Source: Planctomycetota bacterium (GTDB lineage: Bacteria > Planctomycetota > UBA1135 > UBA2386). From it: a stretch of DNA of 64,000 nucleotides. A model generated the notes under the pieces. It saw nothing but the letters and a program-made list of their open reading frames with translations. It was not told the DNA's origin and did not search any database. The stretch spans positions 128,001-192,000 of the forward strand of contig JBKAGP010000001.1 of assembly GCA_046290465.1 (NCBI GenBank). The letters are read 5' to 3'. How positions within the stretch are numbered: the stretch's first letter is position 1; each line of letters starts with the position of its first letter. The position numbers and the translations under genes were made by a program. This document shows positions 60,623 to 64,000 of this stretch, one piece after another.

Positions 60623-62647
60623 ATGTCCAAGAACCTCTGCCCCGTGGCATTGGCGGTCGCCGCCTTTGCTGCCCCGATGGTTGCCCAGGTGGGCAACCAG
60701 GTCGCCATCCCGGCGCACAACAACGTCTACAACGGCTTCAGCCGCGGCTACAGCTTCGTCGCCAACAACGACTTCTTCATCCAGGACTTCGAGCTGCCGC
60801 TCGACGCCCAGCAGGCTGGTGACATCGCCGGCGTGGTGGTGCGCATCAACGGCGTGCAGGTCTTCTACGCCACCGGCGGCACCAACGCGATCATGACGCC
60901 GCCGGCGCCGATCTCGGTGATGACGGGTGACATCGTCGACGTCGTCGGCAACTGGTCGCCGGTCGCCACGACGAACTTCACTGCGCACAACTCGTACAGC
61001 CCGACGGGCGCTCCGTTCGCCACCACGATCGAAGGCGTCGCGACCAACCTGGATCGCACGGGCGTGCAGTACGACATCAACGACCCGGCCTACACCACGG
61101 CTGCCTACCTGGCTCCGACCACGGGCCAGATCGGCCGAGTCTGGACCTACACCACCCCGCCGGCCGGCATCTTCGCCAGCTTCTCGGCGGCTCCCGCGTC
61201 CGGCGCCTCGCCGCTGACGGTCGCGTTCACGGACACGACCTTCACGGACGATCCGGGCGGCGTGATCTCGTGGGACTGGGACCTCGACGGCGACGGCCTG
61301 ACGGATTCGACTGCCCAAAACCCGACGTTCACCTACGCCTCGTGCGGTAGCTACGACGTCACCCTGACGGCCACCGACGTCATCAACGGCAGCAGCACCA
61401 CGACGGTTGTCGGTGCGGTCACCGTCGACGAGGTCGTCGCCGACTTCTCGGTCGCCGAGCTGGTCCCCGGCAGCGGCCTGTGGCAGTTCACCGACCTGTC
61501 GAGCCCGACGCCGACGGCGTGGGACTGGGACTTCGACGGGGACGGCACGGTCGACGACACCAACCAGAACCCGGTCTACTTCGACCCGAGCATGAGCCCG
61601 ATCCTGAGCCTGCCGAACTGCACCCTGACCGTTCAGGGCGCTGGCGGCTGCTTCTCGGACACGCTCGTGCGCGCAGTCAACGCTACCGGCTACGGCGTCG
61701 CCAACGGCCCGATGGCTGGCGGCAACGGCACGCTCGCCACCCCGGCGGTCGGCACCTACTTCGACATCAGCGTCGGTGTTGCCGAAGGCATCAGCATCAC
61801 CGGCATGGAGACCGGTGTCTACGGCTACGCCGGCACCGCCGACGTCCGCGTCTACATCACCCCTGGCACGCACGTCGGCAACGAAGGCAACGCTGCCGCG
61901 TGGACGCTCGCCGGTGAAGGCGTCGTCACGTTCACGGGCACCGGTGCGGTCGCCACTCCGGAGTTCGCCTCGGTCGCGCTGAACAACCCGTTCTACCTGC
62001 CTGCCGGTGACTACGGGGTCGCGTGCTACCACATCGACCAGGCCGGTGGCTCGGTCCAGGTGTCGTACACCAACGGCCCGGCCAACAGCCCCTACGGCAA
62101 CGCCGACCTGACGATCCACCCGGCTGGCGTCGGTTGCTCGTCGACGAGTGAGCTCGGCCCGTGTGCCTTCTCGCCGCGTCTGTGGAACGGTCGCTTCCTC
62201 TACGAGACCTGCTCGGTGTCGAGCAACGCCGCGGGCGGCACCTACGCCATCGGCTGCGCCAACTCGGCTGGTGTCGTTCCGAGCCTCGCGATGGCTTCGC
62301 TGCCGCAGCTCGGCGGCAACTACGAGGTCGACCTCGACGCCGGTCTCGGCGTGGCGGCCGCCTCGATCATCGTGCTCGGCGAGAGCAAGGACCTGTTCAA
62401 CGCGCTGCCGCTGCCGTTCGACCTGGGTGTCATCGGTGCGCCGGGCTGTAACCTGGCCGTCAGCGCCGACGCCACGTCGCTGCTGATCGCCAACGCGGGC
62501 CCGGGCAACCTCTACTCGCTGCCGATCCCGAACGACCCGCTGCTGATCTGCGCGAAGTTCTACGCGCAGGCCGCGGTGCTCGACATCCCGGCCAACACGC
62601 TTGGCTTCGTGCTGTCGAACGCGCAAGCCGCCGTCATCGGCAACTGA
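60623..62647 (+). CDS. Secreted PKD-domain protein with the same C-terminal domain
   Basis: ATG at 60623 and signal peptide; two PKD motifs (ISWDWDLDGDG..NPTFTY..YDVTLT; WDWDFDGDG). Confidence 0.88.
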   Translation: MSKNLCPVALAVAAFAAPMVAQVGNQVAIPAHNNVYNGFSRGYSFVANNDFFIQDFELPLDAQQAGDIAGVVVRINGVQVFYATGGTNAIMTPPAPISVMTGDIVDVVGNWSPVATTNFTAHNSYSPTGAPFATTIEGVATNLDRTGVQYDINDPAYTTAAYLAPTTGQIGRVWTYTTPPAGIFASFSAAPASGASPLTVAFTDTTFTDDPGGVISWDWDLDGDGLTDSTAQNPTFTYASCGSYDVTLTATDVINGSSTTTVVGAVTVDEVVADFSVAELVPGSGLWQFTDLSSPTPTAWDWDFDGDGTVDDTNQNPVYFDPSMSPILSLPNCTLTVQGAGGCFSDTLVRAVNATGYGVANGPMAGGNGTLATPAVGTYFDISVGVAEGISITGMETGVYGYAGTADVRVYITPGTHVGNEGNAAAWTLAGEGVVTFTGTGAVATPEFASVALNNPFYLPAGDYGVACYHIDQAGGSVQVSYTNGPANSPYGNADLTIHPAGVGCSSTSELGPCAFSPRLWNGRFLYETCSVSSNAAGGTYAIGCANSAGVVPSLAMASLPQLGGNYEVDLDAGLGVAAASIIVLGESKDLFNALPLPFDLGVIGAPGCNLAVSADATSLLIANAGPGNLYSLPIPNDPLLICAKFYAQAAVLDIPANTLGFVLSNAQAAVIGN

Positions 62648-62777
62648 TCGTCGAGGCCAGGGTCCTCTGCGGATCCAGGTCGCGGCCCTGCGGGGCCGCT
62701 CGAAGCGGGGCTGCCAGATGGCAGCCCTGCTTTGCTGTACGGATCGCATGCGCGGTCCGATGGCGTATCCTTCACGC

Positions 62778-64000
62778 ATGCTGCGCCCGCTGCTGTCCGC
62801 GCTCTGCCTCTGCTGGGGGCTCGCCGCCCAGGCCAAGGATCCGCCGAAGGTCGTCTCGATGACGCCGGCCAACGGCGCAACGATCCCGGCGACGACCAGC
62901 GAACTGGTCGTGACGTTCGATCGCGACATGTTTCGCGGCGGCCACTCGATCTGCGGCGGCGGCAAGAGCCTGCCGAAGGTCCGCGGCCGGCCCCGGTGGA
63001 AGGGCGACCGCACGCTGGTGATCCCGGTGCAGCTGCAGCCCGACCAGGAATACGAGCTGAGCCTGAATTGCTCGTCGGCACGCAAGATCCAGGCGAAGGA
63101 TGGTGTTCGGTTGCCGCCGACGCGGTGGACGTTCACGACGTTTCCCAAGCCACTGCGCCCCTTCGCCGAACAACAGCAGCGCAACCGAGAGGCCCTGGCC
63201 CGGCTCGAGGTGCTGCTCACGAACAGCTACGCTTACCGCGACCGCGTCGTCGCGGACTGGCCGGCACTGCTCGAACGCCACCGCGGCAAGTTGCGGGACG
63301 CACGCACCGACCGAGCCTTTGCAGTCGCGACCAGCGAACTGCTGCAGGCGACCCAGGACCAGCACATCGTGGTTGGCTATCGCGACAGCAGCTACGCGCC
63401 ATTCACGCCGTTGGTCGAACCGCTCTACCGGACCTTTGCGGTGCGGCGTCTGTTCCAGCTCGAGCGGGTCACGCCGCGTGCGTTCCGCGGCCGCACCGAC
63501 GATGGCATCGCCTACCTGCTGATCACCGGCTGGCAGGAGGCCGTCGACGTCGAACGGCTGCTCGGCGCGATCGCCGAGATGATGGACGCCAAGGCGCTCG
63601 TGATCGACGTGCGCCCGAACGTCGGCGGCGACGAGCGCATCGCACGTCGCGTCGCCAGCTGGTTCGTGCAGGGCGAGAAGGTCTACGCCCGGCATCGCAG
63701 CATCGGCGCGGACGGCCTCGGTCCGGTCGTCGATCGCAAGGTCCGTGGCAACGACGTGGTCTACGATCGACCGGTAGCCGTGCTCGCGGGGCCGCGCGTG
63801 ATGAGCAGCTGCGAGGCCTTCGTGATGATGATGAAGCAGGCCGCGGGCGTGCAGGTCGTCGGCCAGAAGACCCGGGGCAGCAGCGGCAACCCGGTCGTGC
63901 ACGAGCTCGGCAACGCCGTCTCGGTGCAGCTTCCGAGCTGGCAGGCGCTGCGCCCCGACGGCACCTGTTTCGAAGGCGAGGGCATCGAGCCCGACGTGTT
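62778..64000 (+). CDS. S41-family peptidase with N-terminal Ig-like domain, 3'-truncated (absent from the ORF track)
   Basis: My translation gives MLRPLLSALCLCWGLAAQA, PPKVVSMTPANGA..VVTFDRDM, ALVIDVRPNVGG, PVAVLAGPRVMSSCEAF and VVGQKTRGSSGNP. Confidence 0.88.
   Translation, partial: MLRPLLSALCLCWGLAAQAKDPPKVVSMTPANGATIPATTSELVVTFDRDMFRGGHSICGGGKSLPKVRGRPRWKGDRTLVIPVQLQPDQEYELSLNCSSARKIQAKDGVRLPPTRWTFTTFPKPLRPFAEQQQRNREALARLEVLLTNSYAYRDRVVADWPALLERHRGKLRDARTDRAFAVATSELLQATQDQHIVVGYRDSSYAPFTPLVEPLYRTFAVRRLFQLERVTPRAFRGRTDDGIAYLLITGWQEAVDVERLLGAIAEMMDAKALVIDVRPNVGGDERIARRVASWFVQGEKVYARHRSIGADGLGPVVDRKVRGNDVVYDRPVAVLAGPRVMSSCEAFVMMMKQAAGVQVVGQKTRGSSGNPVVHELGNAVSVQLPSWQALRPDGTCFEGEGIEPDV

Overview
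High-GC bacterial chromosomal segment, most likely Planctomycetota. This is inferred from the groEL-groES-groEL-dnaJ-grpE order, an ECF sigma factor coupled to Ser/Thr kinases, and MoxR/DUF58/vWA gene clusters. Contents in order: a chaperone operon with a sigma54-type promoter; NPCBM, vWA, DUF4212 and Na+/solute symporter genes; a degenerate hybrid histidine kinase; a di-heme peroxidase; galM; a non-coding island at ~15.95-16.75 kb; an OmpR-type two-component system divergent from a ~17.6 kb MoxR-vWA-TPR operon; a pilin-like gene; an Rsm22-like methyltransferase; three Ser/Thr kinases; selU/mnmH; an ECF sigma factor; parvulin; an outer-membrane protein; DPP III; and secreted Kelch, PKD and S41 proteins. 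Three observations stand out. (1) The non-coding island holds three small-RNA-like units on the minus strand, each with its own TGCAAC-N16/17-CGTT ECF-type promoter and a homologous intrinsic terminator, plus a ~186-nt long-stem RNA candidate. (2) The first gene of the MoxR operon appears to read through an in-frame UGA (GSC-U-GRG) followed by a SECIS-like hairpin, making it a candidate new secreted selenoprotein in a window that also carries selU. (3) An ECF-kinase module is tandemly duplicated, with near-identical kinase domains, divergent sensor halves, a duplicated promoter and a 12-codon relic of the second sigma gene. No CRISPR array, rRNA, tRNA or transposase was recognised. All calls come from reading the sequence by eye; no database searches were run.
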